Origin: Octopus sinensis
Taxonomy: Eukaryota
DNA length: 64,000 nt
Assembly (NCBI RefSeq): GCF_006345805.1
Contig: NC_042997.1
Coordinates: 70,680,001-70,744,000 of the forward strand
Reading direction: 5' to 3'
Shown: piece by piece, positions 63,515 through 64,000 of the stretch
Layout of the letters: each line of letters starts with the position of its first letter
How positions within the stretch are numbered: the first letter of the stretch is position 1
Program-made: the position numbers and the translations under genes
The notes under the pieces: generated by a model
The model's database searches: none
Seen by the model: only the letters and a program-made list of their open reading frames with translations
What the model was told of the DNA's origin: nothing

Positions 63515-63641
63515 GTGTGTGTGTGTGTGTGTGTTTGTACATATATATAAATAAAAATAGATACATAAAACATATATGCGTAAATATACATGTATATGTA
63601 TGTATATATATATTATATTATATTATATATACACACATACA

Positions 63642-63645
<4 letters not shown>

Positions 63646-63730
<85 letters not shown>

Positions 63731-63732
63731 TA
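63646..63732. repeat. (TA)n microsatellite
   Basis: Direct inspection. Confidence 0.97.
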
Positions 63733-64000
63733 CGTGTATGTCGAAAAACGGTGCGACACAGTTAAACGCAAGTACTTGGGATTGACTAGCACATTTATTA
63801 ATGAAAGTGTATAAAAAACAACTAAGGCAGAAGGAGTTCATAAAACTGTTCGAATTTTAATATTACACCCTTTAGATCTCAGCCTTTTATAAGAGAACAT
63901 ACTCTGTCGCTTCCTGTCATGACCGGTGGGGTTAGATCTGAGCAGTCGGAGGTAATCTTTGAATCCTGAAATCGAGGATGCACAAAACCAAATCTAGGAA

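Overview
This is AT-rich, microsatellite-saturated eukaryotic non-coding DNA (intergenic or a large intron). The tRNA-SINE families and the TA/CA/TCTA/CATA repeat load most resemble an octopus (coleoid cephalopod) genome; that assignment is inference from pattern recognition, not a search. I cannot support any intact host gene, rRNA, true tRNA or CRISPR array. Nearly all ORFs in the track are microsatellite artefacts or transposon remnants. Recognisable content: (i) Penelope-like elements (PLE), including a near full-length RT + C-terminal GIY-YIG copy at 18.6-21.6 kb and two fragments; (ii) R4/Dong-type RLE LINEs (six pieces); (iii) RTE LINE remnants; (iv) Tc1 (DD34E), maT (DD37D) and mariner remnants; (v) non-autonomous Helitron-like elements; (vi) three tRNA-SINE families. 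The most striking signal is a set of ORF-less, head-to-head palindromic elements sitting in (TA)n-type microsatellites. Two of them (2031-3370 and 32213-32668) carry an intact minimal type I hammerhead ribozyme on each arm, with a self-complementary helix III. A diverged third pair lies at 62714-63409 and a variant hammerhead at 12.9 kb. These look like retrozyme-like, non-autonomous PLE derivatives. Many other foldback or inversion junctions also occur in the window. Caveat: perfect palindromes can be assembly artefacts and need read-level checking.
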